From the NCBI GenBank assembly GCA_965235115.1, contig OZ249441.1, forward strand, positions 7,564,001-7,628,000: 64,000 nucleotides of DNA, written 5' to 3'. Made by a program: the position numbers and the translations under genes. This document shows positions 35,801-47,284 of this stretch, piece after piece; within the stretch, counting starts at the first letter, position 1; every line of letters begins with the position of its first letter. Origin of the DNA: Laetmonice hystrix. Taxonomy: Eukaryota. The notes below the pieces were generated by a model. It was given only the letters and a program-made list of their open reading frames with translations, did not search any database and was not told the origin of the DNA.

Positions 35801-38800
35801 TCCACCGACTCCAGCCCACGATCCTGGTACGAGTTGAATGTGTGAATATTTTACACCGACTTGGCCGTCTGAGTATGTCCCACCAGTTGGACTTTACCCC
35901 ACTGCACTCGTCGTCACGGTGAGAGGGTAAGAAATACAACCCCGCTTGTGACCCTATCACCTCCTTCCGGTCATTGTTTGTACGATTAGACGGGTGGTCG
36001 TGTTCTCATGACAGAGAACGGGTTCAGTTTGGATCGTCAACTCACATCATCACCGGGACATTTCACCTACCCAACCACCCGGGCATTAATACCTAAACCT
36101 ACACAGCCAGCCACCCTACCCGGCCGGCCACCCTACCCGGCCGGCCACCCTACCCGGCCGGCCACCCTACCCGGCCGGCCACCCTACCCGGCCAGCCCCG
36201 CCACCACTACTGGCGGCAGCCTTCCATGGTAGCCCGTTCACATACCATATGAACCCCGCCCCCATCACCACCACCACCTGAACAGCTCCCTACCCGGCCG
36301 GCCCCGCCACCACTACTGACGGCAGCCTTCCATGGTAGCCCGTTCACATACCATATGAACCCCGCCCCCATCACCGCCACCACCTGAACAGCTCCCTACC
36401 CGCCAGCCCCTGCCACCACTACTGGCGGCAGCCTTCCATGGTAGCCCGTTCACATACCATATGAACCCCGCCCCCATCACCACCACCACCTGAACAGCTC
36501 CCTACCCGGCCGGCCCCGCCCCCACTACTGGCGGCAGCCTTCCATGGTAGCCCGTTCACATACCATATGAACCCCGCCCCCATCACCACCACCACCTGAA
36601 CAGCTCCCTACCCGCCAGCCCCTGCCACCACTACTGGCGGCAGCCTTCCATGGTAGCCCGTTCACATACCATATGAACCCCGCCCCCATCACCGCCACCA
36701 CCTGAACAGCTCCCTACCCGCCAGCCCCTGCCACCACTACTGGCGGCAGCCTTCCATGGTAGCCCGTTCACATACCATATGAACCCCGCCCCCATCACCG
36801 CCAACAACTGAACAGCTCCCTACCCGCCAGCCCCTGCCACCACTACTGGCGGCAGCCTTCCATGGTAGCCCGTTCACATACCATATGAACCCCGCCCCCA
36901 TCACCACCACCACCTGAACAGCTCCCTACCCGGCCGGCCCCGCCCCCACTACTGGCGGCAGCCTTCCATGGTAGCCCGTTCACATACCATATGAACCCCG
37001 CCCCCATCACCGCCAACAACTGAACAGCTCCCTACCCGGCCGGCCCCGCCCCTACTACTGGCGGCAGCCTTCCATGGTAGCCCGTTCACATACCATATGA
37101 ACCTGAACAGCTCTCTAAAGTCTGACTCTCATTCCCAGTTTTCCAATTTGTCCCTTTTCTTCGTTCCAGCAATCTGATCTCTAACAATCTCTAACAATGA
37201 GCAAAGATTGATAACTATTCTTTCACACCCATTGTTGTCTCCTCGATAACTGATCTCACCTGTGTGAGATGACGAACAGGTAGATGTAATTTTCACCTGT
37301 GTTCACCTTCATATAACCTGTCATAATGACGGGTCGCCAGGGCCAGAACCGCGCAGGAGGGAATGCCAGCTAACCTAACGGTGACCTCATCAACCAGAGT
37401 TCATTTTTCAAACTTCTAACAGGAAACACAGATCGAACGCATTGACTTTATACTTCCAGGCGCGGTTCCAGGGGGATGCGGGGGACGGGGGTCGTGTCCC
37501 CTAGAGGCGGTTCCAGGGGGATGGCGGGGGGGGGGGTCGTGTTCCCTAGAGGCGGTTCCAGGGGGATGCGGGGGGGGGTTGGGTTCGTGTCCCCTAGAGA
37601 CGATTCCAGGGGGATGCGGGGGGGTCGTGTCCCCTAGAGGCGGTTTCAGGGGGATGCGGGGGGGGCGTGTCCCGGGGGGCGTGTCCCTTAGAAGCGATTC
37701 CAGGGGGATGCCCAGGGGGACGTGTCGCCTAGAGGCGCCTTATACAGAATAGGTTTAGCAAATAGACCCTAGATGACTAATTCACCTTTGTTCCATTTAA
37801 AACCTGTAAAAATGGTAATATAGAAACTCTAGAAACGTTTGTAATGACTTGCTGGATTTTTCCAACAAAAGAATAGATCTAGATGAAAAATAAAATAAAG
37901 TTCCAGCACATTTTGACATTTTCTCCGGCTGCGTTCTCTGTACCAGTGACCTTGAAATGTTAATCAGTGACCTCGAAATGTTAACCGTCACACTGTACTA
38001 CTTTGTGAAGTAAAAATCTCAGTGGAGTTAGCACCTTTGAAGTGTGGTCGGGGGGAGGGAGGGGTGAAGGCTGACTTACGTGTCGGGTAGTCCTTGGGAT
38101 GGGTCTGTCGGGACCAGAGACCGTGGAAGGTCATCTGGTACTTGCCGGTACCACACGCGCAGCAGTCTGGTATCATCTCGGACGTATGTTCGTCACCAGT
38201 CACTCCCGCTGGTGGAAGACAAAAACAAGGCTTTCTCAGGATACAGGCAATTGTTGTATAATGGAAATACATGTTAGCAGGGCCTGTCAGTGTCCCGGTC
38301 ACTGGGGTCGGTCACCGGTATAGGTGCGACCAGCTGGAGATCTTTCTCCTTCACAGACAGAATGTGACTATAGAAGGCAGAAGTCGAGAAATACACCAGA
38401 ATATTGTGTGACACTTAAAGAAACTTAGCGTTCTTGAACTTCACAGATAGAATGTGACAATAGAAGGCATAGGTCGAGAAATACACCAGAATATTGTGTG
38501 ACACTTAAAGAAACTTAGCGTTCTTGAACTTCACAGACAGAATGTGACAATAGAAGGCATAGGTCGAGAAATACACCAGAATATTGTGTGACACTTAACG
38601 AAACTTAGCGTTCTTGAACTTCACAGACAGAATGTGACAATAGAAGGCATAGGTCGAGAAATACACCAGAATATTGTGTGACACTTAAAGAAACTTAGCG
38701 TTCTTGAACTTCACAGATAGAATGTGACAATAGAAGGCATAGGTCGAGAAATACACCAGAATATTGTGTGACACTTAACGAAACTTAGCGTTCTTGAACT

Positions 38801-41800
38801 TCACAGACAGAATGTGACTATAGAAGGCATAGGTCGAGAAATACACCAGAATATTGTGTGACACTTAAAGAAACTTTAATCACGATTTTAACCAACTTAG
38901 TTAACTGAACCACTTTCTTGAAACTGGGGCCAAGTGGCGCTATGAAGTTAGACAATAATTGACTTTATTATTTGGGGTAAACCAAAACTCGTACTCCCAC
39001 CCATTGTTTTCGTCATGATGTGATCCATACACCTGTAGAAAACGAGGTGTCGTATCTATAACCACGCTGACTACCTTAAACAGATCTTCACAGGTCAACC
39101 CTGCCCACGGCAACTCGCCAGGCCGACCTCGACTGGACAGTTAAAGAGCCCACAGCTCTTTAATTAACATATATATTAAATTCCCGTCAAGAACGTTTTT
39201 CTCGAGTTGCCAAAGTCCTTGGCCAACCACTGCGTCCATGAATGTAGAGTCCAGGTACTGTGGGCACTTAATCAAACCATGTATAGAGACAGCTTCGTTT
39301 TTTTCCGGTTCGGCCTATGCTTTTTCTTTTCTCATAACATATGGTATTCATTAAATCAATACAGCAACAAGGCTCTTACAGAAGGCATCATGAATATTAC
39401 ATGGTGTACTAATATCATCGCGATAGGAAGTATTGCTCTATCAAGCAAGCCGTCCCAATCTTGGCTCCAAATACTGACATTTAATATGGGACCATAAAGA
39501 CAACTCGATATCATGATTGCAGTGAGAAACAGCGAATTACCGCTGCCCTAAGGAAAGTCTGAGGTTTATTTCTGACACCGTGAGGAAGCCGTGCCATACA
39601 GATCAGATCATCAGTAACCTGATACACCATATACTTCGACCATCTGTTGAGAGCGATTTGTAATGACAGAGATTGAGAGACAGGCTTCCTATTATATTGC
39701 AGGTCTGTCCTAAACAAAGGTCACCTCAAGGTGTTCACTGTGTGAACCAAACAAAGGTTTCCCTAGGTGGTCTACTGGTGATTTTAGTGAGGCAATATCA
39801 CCATATATGCCATCAATATCATATCTTTATTAACAAGAACACCTACTCAGTTTCCATTTTACACCACGTCAATTTCCATGAAATCCCATACTCTGTGTAA
39901 CTGCGTAACACTTTTGTAGACCCTATTATGAGCTAGTTCAATCACGACCTCTATTGAAAACGTTCGTTGTATCAACTTTCTCAAAGTTGTTATTTTTCAA
40001 AAATATGTCACATGAGTCCTTGTAGAAAACTACAAGTCCCTGTAGACCTCAGACTGTCCATGTTTGAATATTATACTTACCAATACTCAATAGGATTTTA
40101 TCCCCTTCCTTACAGACGTATAGCTTTCCGTCTTCTACATAATTCATACTTACTTTGTTCACAGAAGACTTTGGTGAGGGCTCCGTCATCCTTGTACCAT
40201 ATCTCGTTATAATAATTCATACTTACTTTGTTCACAGAAGACTTTGGTGAGGGCTCCGTCATCCTTGTACCATATCTCGTTATCATAATTCATACTTACT
40301 TTGTTCACAGAAGACTTTGGTGAGCGCTCCGTCATCCTTGTACCATATCTCGTTATCATAATTCATACTTACTTTGTTCACAGAAGACTTTGGTGAGCGC
40401 TCCGTCATCCTTGTACCATATCTCGTTATCATAATTCATACTTACTTTGTTCACAGAAGACTTTGGTGAGCGCTCCGTCATCCTTGTACCATATCTCGTT
40501 ATCATAATTCATACTTACTTTGTTCACAGAAGACTTTGGTGAGGGCTCCGTCGTCCTTGTACCATATCTCGTTATCATAATTCATACTTACTTTGTTCAC
40601 AGAAGACTTTGGTGAGCGCTCCGTCATCCTTGTACCATATCTCGTTATACTCTATCACGGACGCCCTGAAACATACAATTCAGAAACTCATCTTGTAGGG
40701 ATCTCCGGAAACACAACATACATGTAATTCAACCCCCCATCTAACATTGTCTCCGAAAATACAACACCATTCAGAAACCCGTCTAATAATGCTCTCAGTA
40801 ACACAACACAATTCAGAAACCCGTCTAATAATGCTCTCCGTAACACAACACAATTCAGAAACCCGTCTAATAGTGCTCTCCGAAAACACAGTACAATTCA
40901 GAAACCCGTCTAATAGTGCTCTCCGAAAACACAGTACAATTCAGAAACCCGTCTAATAGTGCTCTCCGAAAACACAGTACAATTCAGAAACCCGTCTAAG
41001 AGTGCTCTCCGAAAAATCAACACTAGATCCTATTGAAACCCCCACTAGCAGTGCTTTTACAACAAGAAAGATTGAGAGAATCATTTAAACAATCCCTAAC
41101 TAAAGTAAAGGTCCTTCTGTTTACAGTCGAAGAGCTGAAGGAGGATAGCTCATTATCTACAACGGACCGGCCCGTCAGACCATTGGAGGCGGTGGAGAAT
41201 TCAAGCGGTTTATTTCCAGCCTACTATGACGACAGAAGGCCCCCTACTGGTTATCGTTGACACTACACCCCCAAGGTCCCGTTTGAAGTGTACAAGCCGA
41301 GCGGCTTGCTTGAGACACGGAACCAATTCATGTGTAAATGTAACAGGTTGGCTGAGCAGATCAACAGGATTTACACATCATCAAAACTGACCATCGGAAG
41401 CTTAGCTCCCAATGGCACCAGGACGGCAGGCAGTGCGAGCTTTGGGTGCCACGCCCTCCCCACCAACAAATAGGCCTACCTTCACAACGCAGGCCCGGCA
41501 GTTTGACTGCCTCACACCGTCCGGAGGCTCACTACACGTTCAGTCACATACCGCTGGTTACCGGGGCACATATTTACCTAAGATATCAGACTGACCTTGG
41601 ACGAATCAGAACTGAGCCTCTGACCAGACCTTCATCTACCACAGTGGTCGTGATCAGATGGTACCTCTGAGTGAGTCCCTGATCAAATATATCTAGAGAG
41701 AACCCTTGATCATACCAGCAGCTCTGACCCTGACTAGACCACCAGCTCTGACCCTGACTAGACCAACAGCTGTCCTGACCAGACCCCAGCTCTAATGCCC

Positions 41801-44800
41801 TGATCAGACCACCAGCTCTGAGCCAGACCCCAGTTTTCAGCCCTGACCAGACCACCATCTCTGATGCCCTGATCAGACCACCATCTCGAATGCCCTGACC
41901 AGACCACCATCTCTGATGCCCTGATCAGACCACCAGCTCTGAGCCCTGACCAGACCACCAGCTCTGATGCCCTGATCAGACCACCATCTCTGATGCCCTG
42001 ATCAGACCACCAGCTCTGAGCCTGACCAGACCTCAGCCCTGATCAGACCAACAGCTCTGAGCTCTCTTCCATTCTTCCCCCTAATTACCATGCCATGCAG
42101 AACATTCATTAACATTTCCCGGCTTAGGTTTGACGGAACCCTTCTGTTGGTCTTTTGGCGTTTTTTTTAAAGTCGGCAGTGACAAGGAGGTTCATGACAG
42201 GAAGCGACTTGTTGGTTGCCGCCGAGAAAAGAGAATGTTTAATTTATCATTGCTGGTTGCCATGGATTGGATAAAAGAAGCCGGTTGCCATCCCATGGTG
42301 GATCCCCCGGTATCCCAGGTTTAATGAGCGATGTTTTATTTTCTCGGAGACTGGCCTAGTGACGGCCGCCAGCTTGGAACGCTGGCAGAGACGCGGGATC
42401 CAGGCAGGGTGGTGTCTCGATCACGGAGAGCGGGGTGATTTATAAAACGGGCAATGTGTTGGAAGGGTACCAGGGACGGGGATGGAAACAGGGAGGGGGC
42501 CCTGACTCACAACCCCCAGGAGAGACATCTCACCCCCATCCCATGATATCCTGTACTCCTCCTTCATCACAGCCTTGTCAGTCTGTAACACCCCGCCCTC
42601 CCCTGTAAACCCCCAACTCCACCCCAACCCCAGGGTACAGAACCCCCTCCCAGTGTCCTCACTGCCCGGACTTATTGTTGTACGGTCAAGTACAAACATT
42701 TGTATGATCTCTGGTCCCTGTCCTATACATGCTCAAGTACAAACATTTGTATGATCTCTGGTCTCCGTCCCATACACAGTCAGGTACAAACATTTGTATG
42801 ATCTCTGGTCTCCGTCCCATACACAGTCAGGTACAAACATTTGTATGATCTCTGGTCCCTGTCCCATACACAGTCAGGTACAAACATTTGTATGATCTCT
42901 GGTCTCCGTCCCATACACAGTCAGGTACAAACATTTGTATGATCTCTGGTCTCCGTCCCATACACAGTCAGGTACAAACATTTGTATGATCTCTGGTCCC
43001 TGTCCCATACACAGTCAGGTACAAACATTTGTATGATCTCTGGTCTCCGTCCAATACACAGTCAGGTACAAACATTTGTATGATCTCTGGTCTCCGTCCC
43101 ATACACAGTCAGGTACAAACATTTGTATGATCACTGGTCCCCGTCCCATACACAGTCAGGTACAAACATTTGTATGATCTCTGGTCCCCGTCCTATACAC
43201 GCTCAAGTACAAACATTTGTATGATCACTGGTCCCCGTCCCATACACAATCAGGTACAAACATTTGTATGATCACTGGTCCCCGTCCCATACACAGTCAG
43301 GTACAAACATTTGTATGATCACTGGTCCCCGTCCCATACACAGTCAGGTACAAACATTTGTATGATCTCTGGTCTCCGTCCTATACACACTCAAGTACAA
43401 ACATTTGTATGATATCTGGTCCCCGTCCCATACACGGTCAAGTACAAACATTTGTATGATCGCTGGTCCCCGTCCTATACACGCTCAAGTACAAACATTT
43501 GTATGATCTCCCCTAGTAGACGAGCTGTACAATTAGCCGCCCAATGTACTCCCTTTTGCTACTGTGATATTTCCTACTGCATCCCGCAATTTAAGGAATA
43601 ACATATTTTAATTCATTGCTCAACAAAAATTCCACAGATCGATTAAGGCTAAACTTCTCCTACAGTTCCCCGTACGATCTCGCCTGGTAATTCACAACTG
43701 TGTGTGCTCCAATGCTCCCCGTCCTCGGTGCTCCCGCTCTGTCAGTTCATACAATCTCGGCAGAAGATGATTGAGATTCAACCATTCCCAGGGAACGGGT
43801 ACAGGCATTGATACTCACGCTCAAGATGAGAAGTCAATTAGATCAAATATTCTTCCTCACACCGAGGCTAATTCTCTCCCAATCATGTTTGTAATACAAG
43901 ATATTGGCAAGGCTTACAAACTTATTTCTGACAAATACTTCTAGGCAATAATATGATATTCCCTCCTCGTTTACATCAATAGAAAACAGAAAGTGAGCTT
44001 CTAATCTCACTTGACCCGGCCATCCCTGGGGGAATACCTGTTATAAAACTGTACCCTGGAACTTGAACTAACCCTAGATTTCTGTGAATAACACAGACTA
44101 CAGGAAACCTGTTATTGCGAACATCCGTGAAACAAATAAATGCTGCAACATGCCAATAATCTGTTGTGAGTAATGTCTCTGCCCGCCTGTGACGCCAACC
44201 TTGGAAATTTATGGTATTAAGGTCAGATTCCAGAAAAGCCCAACAACTCCATAAATATGCGATTTATTAGAAGTGCCTTGAATAGTTTTTGACGGCTTGC
44301 AAACAATGCAGAGGAAATGAAAACAATTTGCCCCCTGAGAAGTGAATCACTGCGGGGGGTGTAATCCGGGCACTCTCTGAGCGGCTATCTGTGTGTGGAG
44401 ATCGCCCGCCACAAACCCGGGTTGGGAGGGGGAGGGGGTGGGGGGAGGCGGCGAGCAGGGTCCCAAATGAGGAGCGGACTCCCAGGGGAACGGGGTATCC
44501 ATCTCTTGCCATTATCAATGCCACAACACTGGCCGCCTCCGAGTGCCATCAAGATCAGGAACAACTGAGTCAGGATATCACACTCAATGATCTCTTATGA
44601 ATCATCTACACCCAGAACGACCCAGCCACAAGTAACCTCGTCACATGACCCAGTCACGTGACCCAGTCACGTGATCCGCAGTCAGTCCCGAGCAGGAGGA
44701 GGGAGGTGGTCCTGTACAACTTCTCATTTATCAAACTGATTAAGTTTGCATAGTTTTCTCCGATTAGCAACAAATGGCAGATTTACTCATCAATATCAAT

Positions 44801-46247
44801 CTTCAGACTTCAATTCGCTTCACGTGCCTGAAGGCGTTCAGTTTGAGGACAGTGATCCAATATTTTGTTGCTGGTTGGTTTACTGAATCCGATCCCGTTA
44901 AGATTTAATCAAGTGTGTGAGACAGTCAGGCCTCAGTTTTAATGAAGGCTGCCCAGATTGATATAAAGCTCATTAAAGGTAATATACCAAGTATTACAAA
45001 AGAACCCATTCCATACTGGTCGTTATTTATCAAGAAAAAGTGTAAAACGCTGATGATATGGACAAGCAAGCGTACGAGAAAATGAAATATTCATACACTC
45101 TGCCTGGAAAGGCTCGACTCTCACAACACGACGGTTTAATCTGCACAAGTAGATCTCCTATTTCCTGAATCAATACCCTCATGGCTCAATTCGTCAAGTA
45201 ATTAATGGTAATTAATGACATTTCACAGTGAAACATTTAACAATAATTGAGCCGGTCGTGTAAGCGCGGTTTATCTGTAATTATGTTCTAAACTGCGCCT
45301 GTTCTCCAGCGGTGTTCGTCATGTATCATGTCATTAAACCCCGCTATACGCCGACCAATACAAGCACACAGCTATAGACGGCAGCTTTTCTACAAGATGC
45401 TAGCAGTATCCGGCAATTCAAAATCAACGAGAATCTAAAGTAGATTAGGTGGAATTAGCAACCAATGAAACAGTTTAGCTAAACCCAGCAAAGACTTAAC
45501 CAGTAAACTAGAACAAGAGAAGTAAAACCACAGGGAAAAGCAAGGTAGAAATGCCTACCGCTTAGATTACTATAAGTGCGCATTCAGATCTACAGGGATG
45601 GATGAAATAATCAACAGAAATCATTGCGCCAGAAATCATAACCTTCCTGGAAATGTTAAAGTACACTAAACTCCCTAGAAAAATCTCGGAAAGTTAACCC
45701 TAATATTAAAGTATAATGCTACCGCTCTACACGTGTAATCTAAAATAGTCTGCGGTCTCTCAGATAACAACGAAACCTCATGAACAATCAGATCTACCTG
45801 TCGCGTTCCGACCTTTCATACCTATCAGATCAGGGTGGGGCCGAGGGGGGTCGGCTCAGGTCATCAGCCGGGGAGGGGGGGGGGGGTCGGCCTGGCNNNN
45901 NNNNNNNNNNNNNNNNNNNNNNNNNNNNNNNNNNNNNNNNNNNNNNNNNNNNNNNNNNNNNNNNNNNNNNNNNNNNNNNNNNNNNNNNNNNNNNNNNNNN
46001 NNNNNNNNNNNNNNNNNNNNNNNNNNNNNNNNNNNNNNATTCCCTATCCTACCATACGGAGACCATGTAGAGACCCCTTCGTCTTGGTCCAGACGGTTGA
46101 CCACGTCACTTACCTGAACTCGACGCATCCCGTGCCGGGAGGGGGCGCTGTCCACAAGACCTCAACTCCAGCCTTGGGATGTTGGTATGTGTGCGTCACC
46201 ACGTGTGGACAGCGCTCGGCGAACTTGGTCAACCCATGGTTGAAATG
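17828..46247 (-). CDS. SPON1: F-spondin / spondin-1-like gene, 13 reconstructed exons (5'-incomplete): Reeler-Spondin_N-TSP1-TSP1-Kunitz-TSP1-TSP1
   Basis: Exons 46247-46114, 40665-40592, 38208-38080, 31764-31613, 31306-31150, 30911-30805, 29621-29342, 28615-28357, 28085-27970, 27637-27461, 26441-26100, 18449-18268, 17890-17828. All introns are GT-AG, phases are compatible, total 2172 nt open to TAA. Confidence 0.9.
17972..18270. repeat. ~31-bp minisatellite, ~9 copies, overlapping the exon donor at 18268
   Basis: GACCCACGTGTTCCCAGGTGTTTCATTGATT; the last unit merges into the exon end. Confidence 0.9.
18268..18449 (-). CDS. SPON1: F-spondin exon, TSP1 repeat 4
   Basis: tctttcag|RDCELGPWSDWSPCGATCGTESIQERSRPLVHRPRRGGAVCPPRLERRYCQLPRCPGQEQ|gtgggt. 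Read-through of the donor stops 5 codons later at 18250. Confidence 0.85.
18461..18754. repeat. 25-bp minisatellite, ~11 copies, abutting the acceptor at 18449
   Basis: ACACCCAACGTTCATAGCTCAGTAC. Confidence 0.95.
19690..20285. repeat. Purine-rich degenerate repeat (GGGGAGGACGGAAGG...)
   Basis: G/A-rich ~20-30-bp units; source of the overlapping low-complexity ORFs at 19581-20522. Confidence 0.9.
20985..21175. repeat. 42-bp tandem repeat, ~4.5 copies
   Basis: AAAAAGACCAAGCTCTTATTACGCAGTGAAATAATTTCTTTC. Confidence 0.9.
23508..23716. repeat. 69-bp tandem repeat x3
   Basis: GTTTGAATGGTGAAAACTCCCAATACATGACG...GAGGTCCACTC. Confidence 0.9.
24385..24569. repeat. ~93-bp tandem duplication
   Basis: GGTGGTGTGCGTCATG...CTGGTCATACAAGGT, twice. 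Confidence 0.85.
25180..25440. repeat. 22-bp minisatellite, ~11 copies
   Basis: TAAACAAATGATATATCACAGG. Confidence 0.9.
26100..26441 (-). CDS. SPON1: F-spondin exon, basic linker plus TSP1 repeat 3
   Basis: gtttgcag|...NRNRNRNSKSNRHRNRERG...DCMVTPWSEYSECSATCGKAYKFKRRMIKRDPLNGGKPCPKKLEKKKRCKVPSC|gtaagt. Confidence 0.9.
27461..27637 (-). CDS. SPON1: F-spondin exon, BPTI/Kunitz domain
   Basis: cttccag|ICALTVDVGPCRGRFFRWYYDTTMEKCLQFTYGGCRGNNNRFRSVEECNDMCVEHMTR|gtgggc; six Kunitz cysteines and the F.YGGC.GN.N.F motif. Confidence 0.92.
27970..28085 (-). CDS. SPON1: F-spondin exon, end of TSP1 repeat 2
   Basis: tgttcag|(R)YYLNKMDMKRCSRETDEHDVCMAKDIDCEKALATKNFT|gtgagt; phase 2-1. Confidence 0.88.
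28357..28615 (-). CDS. SPON1: F-spondin exon, TSP1 repeat 1 and start of repeat 2
   Basis: CALSDWGDWSECSVTCGVGQRFRKR...CAVTAWSDWSPCSVTCGKGSRERR; tttcag acceptor, gtacac donor. Confidence 0.92.
29240..29305. repeat. 18-bp repeat, ~3.5 copies, intronic
   Basis: CCTATCCCTGCCCCTGCC; lies after the 29342 donor, so the DRGRGR tail of ORF 29196..29711 is not coding. Confidence 0.8.
29342..29621 (-). CDS. SPON1: F-spondin exon, end of Spondin_N plus linker
   Basis: tttacag|SRNMKSDPQQKIHRISNTFPNNPASPFYGPNPMKPLARLTIRR...KKLMMMKQ|gtcagt; 280 nt, phase 0-1. Confidence 0.88.
29589..30482. repeat. 61/62-bp minisatellite, ~15 copies, each = splice acceptor plus first 11 codons of the exon
   Basis: Minus unit ...TTTTATATTTACAG|TCCCGGAACATGAAGAGCGACCCGCAGCAGAAG; two interleaved unit variants. 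Confidence 0.95.
30805..30911 (-). CDS. SPON1: F-spondin exon, Spondin_N
   Basis: atcacag|(G)VSALNLCLPNCTWAGDMSIDLYPWDGGTDDGITYM|gtacgg; D-x-G-T-D calcium-binding motif. Confidence 0.92.
31150..31306 (-). CDS. SPON1: F-spondin exon, Spondin_N (absent from the ORF track)
   Basis: ccgtcag|SRDIRTVVKTPGIWWSDPQGLRQSRWARFSVDRRSHLLTMITMLGPSPDWCV(G)|gtacgt. Confidence 0.9.
31613..31764 (-). CDS. SPON1: F-spondin exon, Spondin_N
   Basis: tgtttcag|(H)RRLLHWSNIVGASHSRSYTIWQYGGYASKGVKEVCEFGYPRTLEQEMRQH|gtaagg. Confidence 0.92.
33205..34625. repeat. 18-bp minisatellite (~1.4 kb) with periodic interruptions
   Basis: GGTCTCTGGGTGTGGCTG, interrupted several times by GGTCGA(C/G)AGGTGGACAGGTGCCGTGT. Confidence 0.95.
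36115..37110. repeat. 17-bp repeat followed by ~106-bp satellite, ~8 copies
   Basis: CCACCCTACCCGGCCGG, then CCCTACCCG..ACTACTGGCGGCAGCCTTCCATGGTAGCCC..CTGAACAGCT. Confidence 0.9.
37460..37735. repeat. ~43-bp G-rich tandem repeat, ~6 copies
   Basis: CTAGAGGCGGTTCCAGGGGGATGCGGGGGG..TCGTGTCCC. Confidence 0.85.
38080..38208 (-). CDS. SPON1: F-spondin exon, start of Spondin_N
   Basis: ccaccag|GVTGDEHTSEMIPDCCACGTGKYQMTFHGLWSRQTHPKDYPT|gtaagt. Confidence 0.92.
38351..38876. repeat. 90-bp satellite, ~6 copies
   Basis: TCACAGACAGAATGTGACAATAGAAGG...GTTCTTGAACT. Confidence 0.95.
40141..40648. repeat. 73-bp minisatellite x7, each = exon 3' part plus GTAAGT donor
   Basis: Minus unit AACGAGATATGGTACAAGGATGACGGAGC(G/C)CTCACCAAAGTCTTCTGTGAACAAA|GTAAGTATGAATTATGAT. 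Confidence 0.95.
40592..40665 (-). CDS. SPON1: F-spondin exon, Reeler C-terminus
   Basis: tgtttcag|(R)ASVIEYNEIWYKDDGALTKVFCEQ|gtaagt; phase 2-1. Confidence 0.9.
40760..41010. repeat. ~42-bp tandem repeat, ~6 copies
   Basis: ACAATTCAGAAACCCGTCTAATAGTGCTCTCCGAAAACACAGT; shares ACAATTCAGAAAC with the sequence beside the 40665 acceptor. Confidence 0.85.
41710..42060. repeat. 24-26-bp degenerate minisatellite
   Basis: CAGACCACCAGCTCTGATGCCCTGAT variants. Confidence 0.85.
42690..43509. repeat. 47-bp minisatellite, ~17 copies
   Basis: GTACAAACATTTGTATGATCTCTGGTCTCCGTCCCATACACAGTCAG. Confidence 0.95.
45897..46038. other. Assembly gap (142 N)
   Basis: Run of N following a G-rich tract, inside an F-spondin intron. 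Confidence 0.99.
46114..46247 (-). CDS. SPON1: F-spondin exon, Reeler domain
   Basis: gttgcag|HFNHGLTKFAERCPHVVTHTYQHPKAGVEVLWTAPPPGTGCVEFR|gtaagt; Reeler WTAPP.G.GCV motif. Confidence 0.9.
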
Positions 46248-46731
46248 CTGCAACACACATACATACAACCACCATCAGACTAAGAAAACTTTAAACTTGG
46301 TCAACCCATGGTTGAAATACTGCAACACACATACATACAACAACCATCAGACTAAGAAAACTTTAAACTTGGTCAACCCATGGTTGAAATGCTGCAACAC
46401 ACACACACATACAACCACCATCAGACTAAGAAAACTTTAAACTTGGTCAACCCATGGTTGAAATGCTGCAACACACACACACATACAACAACCATCAGAC
46501 TAAGAAAACTTTAAACTTGGTCAACCCATGGTTGAAATGCTGCAACATACACACATACAACAACCATCAGACTAAGAAAACTTTAAACTTGGTCAACCCA
46601 TGGTTGAAATGCTGCAACACACACACATACAACAACCATCAGACTAAGAAAACTTTAAACTTGGTCAACCCATGGTTGAAATGCTGCAACATACACACAT
46701 ACAACCACCATCAGACTAAGAAAACTTTAAA
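46222..46731. repeat. 72/74-bp minisatellite x7, each = splice acceptor plus first 26 nt of the exon
   Basis: Minus unit TAAAGTTTTCTTAGTCTGATGG..GTGTGTTGCAG|CATTTCAACCATGGGTTGACCAAGTT. Confidence 0.95.
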
Positions 46732-47006
46732 CAGTATAGTTAGAGGTATAGTTAGTTTCTCAGGGGAGAGGGTTACGGCACATGGTGCAGTTCTAAAGGA
46801 CTATCTTGTACGAAGTCTGAGGGGCGCACAGTACACCTCTACCTCTGGCGTGTCCCCAACAAGGGTGAGGGAAACAAAAACTGGAGTTAAAAGTCTACAG
46901 AGGGGTTGCACCCCTCTGGATTCCCTCCCTAGTTTTGCCCCTGCTTGGAATGTAACAGGCAGAGTCAGTTTTGTTGCCTGTACACTAGAAATTATTTGAA
47001 ACAACT

Positions 47007-47284
47007 TGGGTTAACCTTTCACGGTCACAGGGCTGGGTTAACCTCTCACGGTCACAGGGCTGGGTTAACCTTTCACGGTCACAGGGCTGGGTTAACCTTT
47101 CACAGTCACAGGGCTGGGTTAACCTTTCACGGCCACAGGGCTGGGTTAACCTTTCACGGTCACAGGGCTGGGTTAACCTTTCACGGTCACAGGGCTGGGT
47201 TAACCTTTCACGGTCACAGGGCTGGGTTAACCTTTCACGGTCACAGGGCTGGGTTAACCTTTCACGGTCACAGGGCTGGGTTAA
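47007..47284. repeat. 27-bp minisatellite, ~10 copies
   Basis: GGGCTGGGTTAACCTTTCACGGTCACA. Confidence 0.95.
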
